Positions 1 to 7,830 of a stretch of DNA of 64,000 nt are shown here, piece by piece. How positions within the stretch are numbered: the stretch's first letter is position 1; every line of letters starts with the position of its first letter. The notes under the pieces were generated by a model. That model saw nothing but the letters and a program-made list of their open reading frames with translations, ran no database searches and was not told the origin of the DNA. This DNA comes from Pedobacter sp. (lineage in GTDB: Bacteria > Desulfobacterota > Desulfuromonadia > Desulfuromonadales > Syntrophotaleaceae), in assembly GCA_050253415.1 (NCBI GenBank), contig JBFWJC010000004.1, forward strand, positions 256,001 to 320,000. The letters run 5' to 3'. A program made the position numbers and the translations under genes.

Positions 1-61
1 CGTTATGGGCTCTTCCAAAACCTATCAAAGAGGCTGCAATGTCAAGAGTTGAGACCTGACC
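1..61 (+). mobile_element. 3' end remnant of a RAYT-like (REP-associated tyrosine transposase) element
   Basis: ATGTCAAGAGTTGAGACCTGACC (MSRVET*); the same GTTGAGACCTG motif recurs inverted at ~1822-1832 next to an HTH-coding remnant. Confidence 0.4.
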
Positions 62-140
62 ACTATTCCTTCCGAGAGAACACATTGCCCTCTCGGCCTG
101 CCTGAAGAGAGGTCCTCTTTCCGTGTATGGATATGGATAG

Positions 141-170
141 GGGGACATCCTGTTAAACAAGGTGTCCCCC
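141..170. repeat. REP-like palindrome GGGGACA..TGTCCCC
   Basis: ggggacatcctgttaaacaaggtgtccccc imperfect inverted repeat. Confidence 0.45.
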
Positions 171-222
171 CGAATTCCTGCAAAGCGCCCCTGTCCTCTT
201 CTAAGGGCGGGTCGCCGGAACG

Positions 223-822
223 CTACCCCTTTTCCAGGACGGCTTCTTTGGCGCCGGAGCGGACCGGCAGTAACCGCAGCATTTCCGCCAACAGATAGCC
301 GATCAGAATAGCCAACGCCCCGTAAAGAATGCCCTGAAAGATCAACGCCATACCAGCAGCAAAGGAAGCGGGCCCGGCCTTTAGAAAGGGAAAAAACACC
401 GCCGTCTTATCTAACAATACACGGGCCTCCCGGCCGGCAAACCACAGATAAACCGCGGCCCCGCAGCCGAGCAGCGCAGAGGCGATGCCCCACGCCTCAC
501 CGGCCAGCTTGAGGACGACCGATGAAACCAATACCGCGGCGGACCCTCCGGATGCGGCCTGCTTAATCTCCCCAGCGCGTATCAGGGTGCAATGGACGAC
601 AAAATAAGAGGCGATAGCAAAAGAAAGCTGATAGATGATGCCTCCGATCATCCCTTCCGAGGACATGTCAAAGAGGTCCTTCCAGCCGAGAAAAAAGACG
701 ATAACGGCGGCGACGGCACAGGCAACGGCCAAGGCCTTGAGCAAACGGGAAAAACCGATCCGGAAATCGTCGTCCTTTTCGAGCTTACGGATCAACAACG
801 GGGCCAATAAATATTTTTCCAT
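223..822 (-). CDS. Hypothetical multi-pass membrane protein (~199 aa)
   Basis: Several hydrophobic segments; GGAG RBS precedes ATG at 822 (MEKYLL). Confidence 0.75.
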   Translation of the reverse strand: MEKYLLAPLLIRKLEKDDDFRIGFSRLLKALAVACAVAAVIVFFLGWKDLFDMSSEGMIGGIIYQLSFAIASYFVVHCTLIRAGEIKQAASGGSAAVLVSSVVLKLAGEAWGIASALLGCGAAVYLWFAGREARVLLDKTAVFFPFLKAGPASFAAGMALIFQGILYGALAILIGYLLAEMLRLLPVRSGAKEAVLEKG

Positions 823-924
823 GTATTCATCTCCATGCAGAAGGTATCCGGCCGGCCGCGGGAAAACAGTAAAGGCTGTCCTCGACGGTCCGGAACCGAC
901 CATTCATAGGGCACTATCCTGGGA

Positions 925-1362
925 TCAGGAGTGCCGCTTGTTCTTCTCCTTGCCTTTGCCATGACCGGCGGCGTGTCCATCAGGTTCCCATCCCAAATTG
1001 CCCCGTTTGAGATCTTTAAAGGCGGCCGATCCCGGCTTGATGCCGAGACTCTGGGCAAGCGCACCCCATCCCTGGCCCTTGTGCCTACGGTACTCACGCA
1101 CCACAACATCGACCGGCCGATGGGTCTCCTGAGCCAACCAGAAACAGATGGCGGCATCACCCGGCGCATCGACGGAACGGAAAACGAGATCGAGTTGCGG
1201 ACCGGAGGCGCCGAAATGGGCCCCGACACTGGCACGGAACCCTCCGATATCCCCCGAAGCACTGACATTGAGACTGTGCAAATAAGCGTCGAGTTCAGCG
1301 TGTGCCATTCCCGCCATAAGCAGGACAAAGAAAAACGTCAGTAAAGAGCGTCGAAAATTCAT
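925..1362 (-). CDS. Exported hypothetical protein, 145 aa
   Basis: Signal peptide ending AMAHA; GGAGG RBS; GQGWGALAQSLGIKPGS motif; basic tail. Confidence 0.8.
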   Translation of the reverse strand: MNFRRSLLTFFFVLLMAGMAHAELDAYLHSLNVSASGDIGGFRASVGAHFGASGPQLDLVFRSVDAPGDAAICFWLAQETHRPVDVVVREYRRHKGQGWGALAQSLGIKPGSAAFKDLKRGNLGWEPDGHAAGHGKGKEKNKRHS

Positions 1363-1413
1363 ACCTGTTCCTCCGTATTGTCATAAGAGTTGGGATCACG
1401 GCGTGGATGAGTC

Positions 1414-1428
1414 GCAGGAAACGTGCCA
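1414..1428 (-). promoter_or_regulatory. Putative sigma-54 promoter
   Basis: Minus strand TGGCACG-TTTC-CTGC vs consensus TGGCACG-N4-TTGC, ~50 bp upstream of the start at 1362. Confidence 0.5.
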
Positions 1429-1710
1429 GACAAGAGGAAACACGAAAACTGCGGTTTTACGGCTCCCGCAACGTCCGTGCATTAGCCCTCCTGGTCCGCA
1501 CTGACAAAAAAGGGCAACGAAACACCTCTATTCAGACCTAGGTATCCCGGCTCGCCATAAATAAATAGGAGGAGAGATTCTCTTTTCTCTGGAGATAATT
1601 TTTTCGACAAGCTGTCCCGGCCGAACCACCTACCCTACGACAACCCGAACCTTGCGACCGATATATCCAGGTATAAATCCGGGAATCCGGAAAAAGGACA
1701 TGCTGCTAAG

Positions 1711-1807
1711 TTTTTGCATTTGCCCTGCTCAAAAGAAAAAGCCGCCAACCGGATCAACTCCGGCCTGGCGGCTCTGCTCATTTAGGAATAATTTGGTGCT
1801 TCTCGGG
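1711..1807. repeat. Direct repeat copy 1 (GC hairpin plus T-run on minus strand, then TGGTGCTTC)
   Basis: aaaaagccgccaaccggatcaactccggcctggcggctctgctcatt..ttggtgcttc, near-identical to 4803-4896. Confidence 0.75.
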
Positions 1808-1821
1808 CAGCATAGAGGTGC

Positions 1822-1968
1822 CAGGTCTCAACTTCTGACACTCACCAACTCTGCCTCCAGACGCCCGGTTAAATTCCTCAGCACTTGGTCTTTTTCTGCT
1901 TTCAAAGCCAATCTCCGGCTCACCTGGGAAACTGCCGCATCACTTATCCCGAAATGCTCCCCTATTTC
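1822..1968 (-). pseudogene. C-terminal HTH remnant of a RAYT-type transposase
   Basis: Minus strand reads EIGEHFGISDAAVSQVSRRLALKAEKDQVLRNLTGRLEAELVSVRS*, preceded by an in-frame stop; ends in GTTGAGACCTG. Confidence 0.55.
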
Positions 1969-2051
1969 CTACCCTAGAACATAAGAGGAAACGCATAATT
2001 TCATGGGCGTCCCTAAACTCAAAATTTAGATTCTGTTTTTCTGGAAGCACC

Positions 2052-2088
2052 CCAGTATTTTCCGTCCGCGTTGATTAAGTGGTTAGCT
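2052..2088 (-). mobile_element. Truncated attC (left arm only)
   Basis: GCTAAC-CACTTA-ATCAAC-GCGGAC overlapping the stop of cassette gene 2075..2998; no right arm seen. Confidence 0.5.
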
Positions 2089-2998
2089 TTTTTTTCCTTG
2101 CTTCCATGAACTCTTGGTCTGACAGTGGTTTAAGAGGTGTATTCTTACCTCTTATCGGAGGCGTAGCAGTTGGTTCACAATATGGAGTAATTAGCGCACA
2201 GTGGGGTAGAATAAATTCTTTAACAAATGGTTGATTAACTGCCTCACTCTTTACCCAAATTTCGCCAGGAACATCAAATACCCAGAGTAAATCTTTTCTT
2301 TTTTCATAATTAAATTGTAAATCGATAATTTCTGAAAGAGCACGAACCGCAGCTTCTGCATTTTTTTCAAAATCATAGTTGTCGTTATAATGGATCGAAT
2401 CGTTTCTAAATGATTTTAATATTAAAAATATCTCCGCAACTTTACTTGAAATGACGCCCCATTCTTTTAGTACTAAGACAGGATAGTCCCATTGGTCGAA
2501 ACTATCTTTTTTGTAAATTTTTTTATAGTGACTTGAACTTTTGAAATATTCTCTGGTTTTGATGATTAATCTATTTAGGATTCTTTCGCCTAGTGCGCCA
2601 GCACTTGTCATGGCGGGATAATAACGACCGCAACAGTAAGAGGAGACAATGTCCCACAAGAAACTGTAGTATTCCTCGGGAATTCCAAGGAATGAAAGGT
2701 TTAACTCTTTAAATCTGGACAGCTTTTCGGGAAAACCTTGCTCACCCCATTCTGCTTTTAAGCCATTTGATATGTGATCATAATGACCACGCATGGACTC
2801 ATTGTTTAACAGTCTCACTCTTGTATCGAGTGCAAGATTGAAAACACGGTACATCAAAGCAATATTGGGGCATACGAAATTACTTAGGACAGGGTCCTTG
2901 CCCTCTCTTTGTCGCTGAGTCAACTGGTCAAAATCGATTTCGATTTTGTGTTGTTGATTGCAGCGGTCACAGTTAAATGTCTGAGTTCTTATGTCCAT
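2075..2998 (-). CDS. Integron cassette protein, HEPN/DUF4145-like
   Basis: AT-rich; N-terminal CxxC; GALGERIL helix and RNDSIH (RxxxxH) motif; directly downstream of attC. Confidence 0.7.
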   Translation of the reverse strand: MDIRTQTFNCDRCNQQHKIEIDFDQLTQRQREGKDPVLSNFVCPNIALMYRVFNLALDTRVRLLNNESMRGHYDHISNGLKAEWGEQGFPEKLSRFKELNLSFLGIPEEYYSFLWDIVSSYCCGRYYPAMTSAGALGERILNRLIIKTREYFKSSSHYKKIYKKDSFDQWDYPVLVLKEWGVISSKVAEIFLILKSFRNDSIHYNDNYDFEKNAEAAVRALSEIIDLQFNYEKRKDLLWVFDVPGEIWVKSEAVNQPFVKEFILPHCALITPYCEPTATPPIRGKNTPLKPLSDQEFMEARKKKLTT

Positions 2999-3003
2999 AA
3001 TTT

Positions 3004-3077
3004 ATTTAACGCCTGCATCACCGGTCGCTGAAATTGCGTAGCGCTGTAAGCGATCCGAGTGCATGCTGTTGTTATGG
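3004..3077 (-). mobile_element. attC recombination site (74 bp)
   Basis: Minus strand CCATAAC-AACAGC-ATGCAC...GGTGATGCAGGC-GTTAAAT: R'', L'', L' and R' boxes with a palindromic centre, just after the stop of 3079..4440. Confidence 0.9.
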
Positions 3078-3078
3078 A

Positions 3079-4440
3079 TTATTTCTTTGTTAGATTCTCA
3101 ATAGTTAACTTAATGAGGTCAAACAATGAAGAGCTTGTGACTTTCTCTTTGGTCGCAATGTCTGCAGCATGATTATTTCCAAAAAATCTTTCAGTAAGTT
3201 TTGCTTTTAATTCGTGTTTTGTTATATCAGGCATCTTTTCAAGATAAGGATCGATAGACGCCAATTCAAGCTCTGCTTGTCGATTTCGGTACTCGGAGTT
3301 TCTGTGTTTTGACGATTCTGATGCTGCATATGTTGCTGGGACTGCAAGAACTAATGCAGCCCCTAGCCTAAATAAGGATAATTTCCAGTCGAAACCATTT
3401 TGTGCCGATATAAAAATAGTTAAACCAATAACAAGAACCATACCTGTCATTAAGAATAAGGCTACCTTACGAAGCCAATCAGCAGTTTCCTTTTCTTGAT
3501 TCGCGATTCTCTGAAAATTTCCAGTTACTCCAATATTACCAATAATTTGAACTAAATTTGATGCCTCCTCTTTCTTTTGTTGTAGTTCATTTAAAATTGA
3601 TTCAGCATCAGTTTTAAAAGATTCGATTTGCTTTTTTGTTTCTTCTTGCAATTGATTAGATATCTTTTCTGCTCGACCATCAATTTCGTTTATCCGCTCA
3701 GAAATTTTCGCTATCTTTAAATTTGCGCTTTCTTCAACTTTTTTCAGAAAAGATGAGAAGTTTTCGTTGTTTTGGCTTACAAGCTCATCGATTTTTTGTT
3801 CGTGACTTTCGAGAGCCGCCGTGTGCTCATCATTTCGTTGTTTTTCTGCTTCTGCAAACTGTTCTCTGCGCTTTTCAGCGGCATCAGAAAATTGCTGTTG
3901 GAATTGAGAGATGGCAGTGTCCAACCTACCTTTTTGGCTATTGATCTCATTGGTTGTTGCAGTGGCTTTAGCCGTTAATTCTTCAATCTTGCTTTTTAAA
4001 TTATTAAAATCTTCCTCAAGATACCTGATATATTGTCCTGCAGACTTTCTAAAATTTCCAATTGAGTCCCGAAGCCCATCTATGTCGGTGACTTGCGTAA
4101 CAGAAAACAACATTCGGCCTTGTACCAGAAGGTGGTCAGCCTGATTATTTGCATTTACAAGATGCCCCCTATTTTGATTTGCATTGTAATTTGAAAGCTC
4201 TTGTATGATGTTTTGCGAATGGTTGCTCAAATTTTGTAACGTTGGTTTTGGGGCCATCAAGGGATCTGTGCTGGATAAAGCATTTGCAACAAATAATATA
4301 ATTTGAGTAAGCCTGTTATAATCTTCTAGCGCATCTGATTGTTTTTCAGCATGCTTCCCAACCTGTTCTAGCAAATCTTTGATCTGTTGAATTTGGGCGT
4401 GTATCTGATGATTCTCAAATGAATTTAGCCATTCAGACAT
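3079..4440 (-). CDS. Integron cassette protein: long coiled coil plus two C-terminal TM helices
   Basis: AT-rich; heptad-rich; hydrophobic segments near the C-terminus; bounded by GTTATGG (4461-4467) and attC. Confidence 0.85.
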   Translation of the reverse strand: MSEWLNSFENHQIHAQIQQIKDLLEQVGKHAEKQSDALEDYNRLTQIILFVANALSSTDPLMAPKPTLQNLSNHSQNIIQELSNYNANQNRGHLVNANNQADHLLVQGRMLFSVTQVTDIDGLRDSIGNFRKSAGQYIRYLEEDFNNLKSKIEELTAKATATTNEINSQKGRLDTAISQFQQQFSDAAEKRREQFAEAEKQRNDEHTAALESHEQKIDELVSQNNENFSSFLKKVEESANLKIAKISERINEIDGRAEKISNQLQEETKKQIESFKTDAESILNELQQKKEEASNLVQIIGNIGVTGNFQRIANQEKETADWLRKVALFLMTGMVLVIGLTIFISAQNGFDWKLSLFRLGAALVLAVPATYAASESSKHRNSEYRNRQAELELASIDPYLEKMPDITKHELKAKLTERFFGNNHAADIATKEKVTSSSLFDLIKLTIENLTKK

Positions 4441-4460
4441 TCATTAACCTCTCTTTTTTG

Positions 4461-4500
4461 CCATAACTATAAATGGGCAGTCTGGATAAAACTGTAAACA
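4461..4500 (-). mobile_element. Putative attI (core GTTATGG)
   Basis: GTTATGG is the exact complement of this cassette's attC R'' CCATAAC; not preceded by an attC palindrome; lies just 3' of the intI remnant. Confidence 0.6.
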
Positions 4501-4630
4501 CAGACACTAACCTGTCTGTATAAGACAATTGCCAACTCATTGACCATCCAACAATTCCACTACATTTTCAGACACTTAACCAATTCATTACTAAAACACC
4601 ATCCGGGATATACAGACTGGATATACCAGC

Positions 4631-4781
4631 TCAAAGGGTATCGACCGGGGTTCGGACACCGTGCCCTCCTTTTATTGAGAACATGGGTATGGATCATTGT
4701 CGTATTGATATCCTTGTGACCAAGCAACTCCTGAATCGCCCGAAGAGCCTAACCATCTTCAAAAAGATGAGTAGCGAAAGG
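4631..4781 (-). pseudogene. intI: Integron integrase 3' remnant
   Basis: [35 protein letters not shown]/(frameshift)[12 protein letters not shown] matches the IntI C-terminus; stop, frameshift and catalytic Tyr->His. Confidence 0.85.
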
Positions 4782-4802
4782 GAAAAGGAGATCCCCCTGA
4801 AA

Positions 4803-4896
4803 TTTTTACCTTTGCCTTACAAAAAAAGCCGCCGACCGGATTAACTCCGGCCTAGCGGCTCTGTTCATTCAGGTATGACCTTGGTGCTTCCCCGGC
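4803..4896. repeat. Direct repeat copy 2
   Basis: aaaaagccgccgaccggattaactccggcctagcggctctgttcatt..ttggtgcttc. Confidence 0.75.
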
Positions 4897-5131
4897 ATAT
4901 CCCCTCCAAATTACAATAAAAAAAGACATTAATAAATACGGCCAAATAACCGTACTTGTCAAACTTTTTAATATTGGAATTGGGCAGAGGCAAGGATTTC
5001 AGCGTATTCGGGTAGCTCCTATACTTTCAATAAATTTACCCTCAGCACACCGACCTAACTGTATCGCCAAAAGAGGATTCTTTTCGCATGACCAGGAGCG
5101 GAGCCAACCCACACCGGCACGTCGCAAAGTG

Positions 5132-5587
5132 TTAATTGACCTCTTCCGGCAACAGCCGATGTGCCAACCGATACGCCACCCACACCAGCAGCGGCGCCAC
5201 GACCAACCACACCGCCAGCCCGCGCAGGTTGACCTGCCAGAACAGTCGGGCGCACAGCAACGGATCGACCGCCAAAGTTTCCCGTAACCGGGGCAACACC
5301 TCCGGCTGCCCGGGTGCCAGCAGATATTGTCCGGCCGTGAGAAACGGAAACAACAAGGCTAGCTGTAACGGGTACACGGCATAGTTGGCGGCCTGCACGA
5401 CGACCACCGGCAACCGCAGCGCAACGGCTAGCAGCAGGCAAAGCAGAGTCGTCCCCCACACCAGCGGCGCCAATCCCAGGGTCACCCCCACTGCCAAAGC
5501 CCAGGCAAGGCGACGTCGGGAATGCCCGCGCAGCAGCAGCCGATGCAGCAAATCCCGCAGGGCCATCATTTTGCTTTGGACAGACAC
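5132..5587 (-). CDS. DUF2062-family membrane protein
   Basis: LAWALAVGVTLGLAPLVWGTT..VQAANYAVYPLQL pattern; starts 3 bp after the upstream stop. Confidence 0.75.
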   Translation of the reverse strand: MSVQSKMMALRDLLHRLLLRGHSRRRLAWALAVGVTLGLAPLVWGTTLLCLLLAVALRLPVVVVQAANYAVYPLQLALLFPFLTAGQYLLAPGQPEVLPRLRETLAVDPLLCARLFWQVNLRGLAVWLVVAPLLVWVAYRLAHRLLPEEVN

Positions 5588-5590
5588 TAT

Positions 5591-6640
5591 TTAGATTCGG
5601 TCATGGTGTACGAAAAAACTCATGCGGGCGCCGGTCACCTGACTGCGGCCCATGCTGATGAATACAAGCAGCCACAAGCCCTGCAAAGCCAGCAGCACGC
5701 CCGGATGCCACAAGCTGTCCAGTCCGGCGGCGATATCGGGCAGCGGTGCGGAGGCTCCGAACCATGCGGCCAGTCCGATGGCGTAAGGCAGGATCAACAA
5801 GCTGAGAATCTGATAAACGGAAAGTCGCCCGCTGCCGCGCCAATCGGCGCGCAGGGTTTCCGACCAGGCGCGCCAGCCCTGGGTCACCAGGGCGGCGACC
5901 AGAAACGAAGCGGCGAAATGCCCCGTCAGGAACAGACCGGTGGTAAGCAGACCGGTACCGCAATAAACCATGGCGGTCAGGGCCTGCACCGGCAGCACCG
6001 GCTCGCCCTCCAGCCCGTCGGCATAGGCGATCTTTTTGGTATCGCCGCTGAACTGAAAATGCCAGCGACTGAACAGGCGCTGCACCCAGGGGTTGCATTC
6101 GGCCAGCGGCTTGCCGTAGCAGCATCCGAAACTGATGCAGGCCAGACGCCCCAGCCCCTCGCCGAAGGCATATCCCGCCGTCAAGGCCGCGAGGGTCGGC
6201 AGCATCGGCAACGACGCCCCCGCCCCTGCGGGCAGCAAACGGTTGACCGCCGTGATGATCCAGGGGGCCAGTACGAAGCCGACGAAGGCCGCCGCGCCGA
6301 CGGAGAAGGTGTGGGCCTTGCCTTCGATCAGGGCGGCGAGGCCCTTGGCCGCCACCAGGCACGCGATCAGCAGGGTGACCGCCAGCAAGAGGGTCGCCTG
6401 GTGCGACACGCCGATGCCGCCGAGCAGGCTGAGGATCAGCACTACCGAGGCCAGACAAGAGGTTGCGGTCAGCAAGCCGTACCAGGTCAGGTTGTGCCCC
6501 TGCCATTCGCCGCTGCCCGCATCGAAACGCGGCACGGTGGCGGCGAACTGCCAATGCCGCCCCGGCAGGCAACGAAAGCCCCAGTACAGGACCGCACCGG
6601 TAACCAGCGCCAACATCGAAAGAAACCACAAATTCATCAT
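5591..6640 (-). CDS. Divergent Lgt-family (diacylglyceryl transferase-like) protein
   Basis: GEGLGRLACISFGCCYGKP Lgt signature and ETLR; multi-TM. Confidence 0.8.
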   Translation of the reverse strand: MMNLWFLSMLALVTGAVLYWGFRCLPGRHWQFAATVPRFDAGSGEWQGHNLTWYGLLTATSCLASVVLILSLLGGIGVSHQATLLLAVTLLIACLVAAKGLAALIEGKAHTFSVGAAAFVGFVLAPWIITAVNRLLPAGAGASLPMLPTLAALTAGYAFGEGLGRLACISFGCCYGKPLAECNPWVQRLFSRWHFQFSGDTKKIAYADGLEGEPVLPVQALTAMVYCGTGLLTTGLFLTGHFAASFLVAALVTQGWRAWSETLRADWRGSGRLSVYQILSLLILPYAIGLAAWFGASAPLPDIAAGLDSLWHPGVLLALQGLWLLVFISMGRSQVTGARMSFFVHHDRI

Positions 6641-6655
6641 CGCCTCACCCTTTCT

Positions 6656-6775
6656 GGCGTCGCAAAAAGTCCGTCCTACGGCGTTACGGCGTTTTTTCAG
6701 GATCTCGACATACCTGATGTATGCCTTCGCCCCTAAAAAACCACCAAGCCTTGTAGGTCGAATTTTTGCTTAGCC
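6656..6775. repeat. MITE/REP-like element inside the operon
   Basis: Imperfect terminal inverted repeats GGCGTCGCAAAAAGTCCG / TCGAATTTTTGCTTAGCC with nested palindromes. Confidence 0.6.
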
Positions 6776-6813
6776 TTTCTACGAGTTTTTCTAAAACATC
6801 ACTTTTCCATAAG

Positions 6814-7830
6814 TTACGCGTCCGTCGGCATGGCGATGCGCGAGCGCACCTGCACTTCGGTCTCCACCAGCGACCGCCCGAATCCCTGGGAAAAACGACT
6901 CGACACCTGCGCCCGCCCCTGATTGCGCAGCAGGTCTTCGTCAAACCGTACCCGACTGGGCTCGAAGATCAGCACGTCGGTACTGCTGCCGGGTTTGAAC
7001 AGACTTTTGGGACGCCCGCGCCCGACGTTCAGACCAGGCCGCATCGGGAGCGGATCGGCATAAGCATGGTCGCTGTAGCACTGCACCACTTCGCCGATCA
7101 TCAGGGCCACCACCTCGATCATGGCCACCAGGCCGACGCCGCTGCCGCCGGGTACGTCGGTATCGAACACCGTGACCACGCGGCGATTTTTGGAATAAGG
7201 CGTCACCGCTGTCACCACCGCTTGCGGATTGCAGCTGTGGAAGACGCCATCCAGTTCGTAAAAATCGATGACGCGACCGCTTACCGGGGTGTGGTTGTAG
7301 TGATACTTGTCGGGCGTCAGGCGAAAGATGGCGAAATCCCCGCCGGCAAAGGCCTTTTGCCAGCGCGGCCGGTCGCAGCCCAACAGCTCTTCGAAATCGA
7401 AAAACTTGCCCTTGAGAAACAGTTGGCAATCCTCGCGGAAGGAGCCGATCAGCATGCGGGCATCGGCGGGGGAAAGGACCGCGCGCGGTTCGTCCGGCAC
7501 CGGTCGGCACTCCCAGTAGCGGATCTTGCGCTCGAAAACTTTGCGGGCCGTATCCAGCTGCTCGAGGGGATCGAGACATTCCGCAAGATCGACCCCGGCC
7601 TCCTTCAGAAAGTTGCGATTGCCCAGCACCCGGCAGCCGAGGGCGAAATCGTAGTTGAACAGGGCCAGCGCCGCCGAACAGCGGGGGCTGGTAAAGGCGT
7701 TAAACAGTTTCGGAGCGTGCTCCCGCAGGGGATGGTAAAGAAACCGGACCAGGCGGTCGCCGAATAGCTGTTCGGTGCGCACCGTCCCGGTGTCCCGTTC
7801 AACGTATTGATGGGGAACCGACATCGGCAT
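6814..7830 (-). CDS. Phosphatidylserine decarboxylase-family proenzyme (pyruvoyl)
   Basis: SPADAR, RLTPDKYHYNHTP, FKPGSST cleavage motif; start at 7830 or 7824 after AAGGGA. Confidence 0.85.
   Translation of the reverse strand: MPMSVPHQYVERDTGTVRTEQLFGDRLVRFLYHPLREHAPKLFNAFTSPRCSAALALFNYDFALGCRVLGNRNFLKEAGVDLAECLDPLEQLDTARKVFERKIRYWECRPVPDEPRAVLSPADARMLIGSFREDCQLFLKGKFFDFEELLGCDRPRWQKAFAGGDFAIFRLTPDKYHYNHTPVSGRVIDFYELDGVFHSCNPQAVVTAVTPYSKNRRVVTVFDTDVPGGSGVGLVAMIEVVALMIGEVVQCYSDHAYADPLPMRPGLNVGRGRPKSLFKPGSSTDVLIFEPSRVRFDEDLLRNQGRAQVSSRFSQGFGRSLVETEVQVRSRIAMPTDA

Noticed and set aside
1794..1810. tRNA gene at the CACCA-containing repeats (also 4881-4896)
   Set aside because: No T-arm GTTCGA or cloverleaf upstream
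1652..1984. 110-aa plus-strand ORF
   Set aside because: Shadow of a repeat and of the minus-strand transposase remnant
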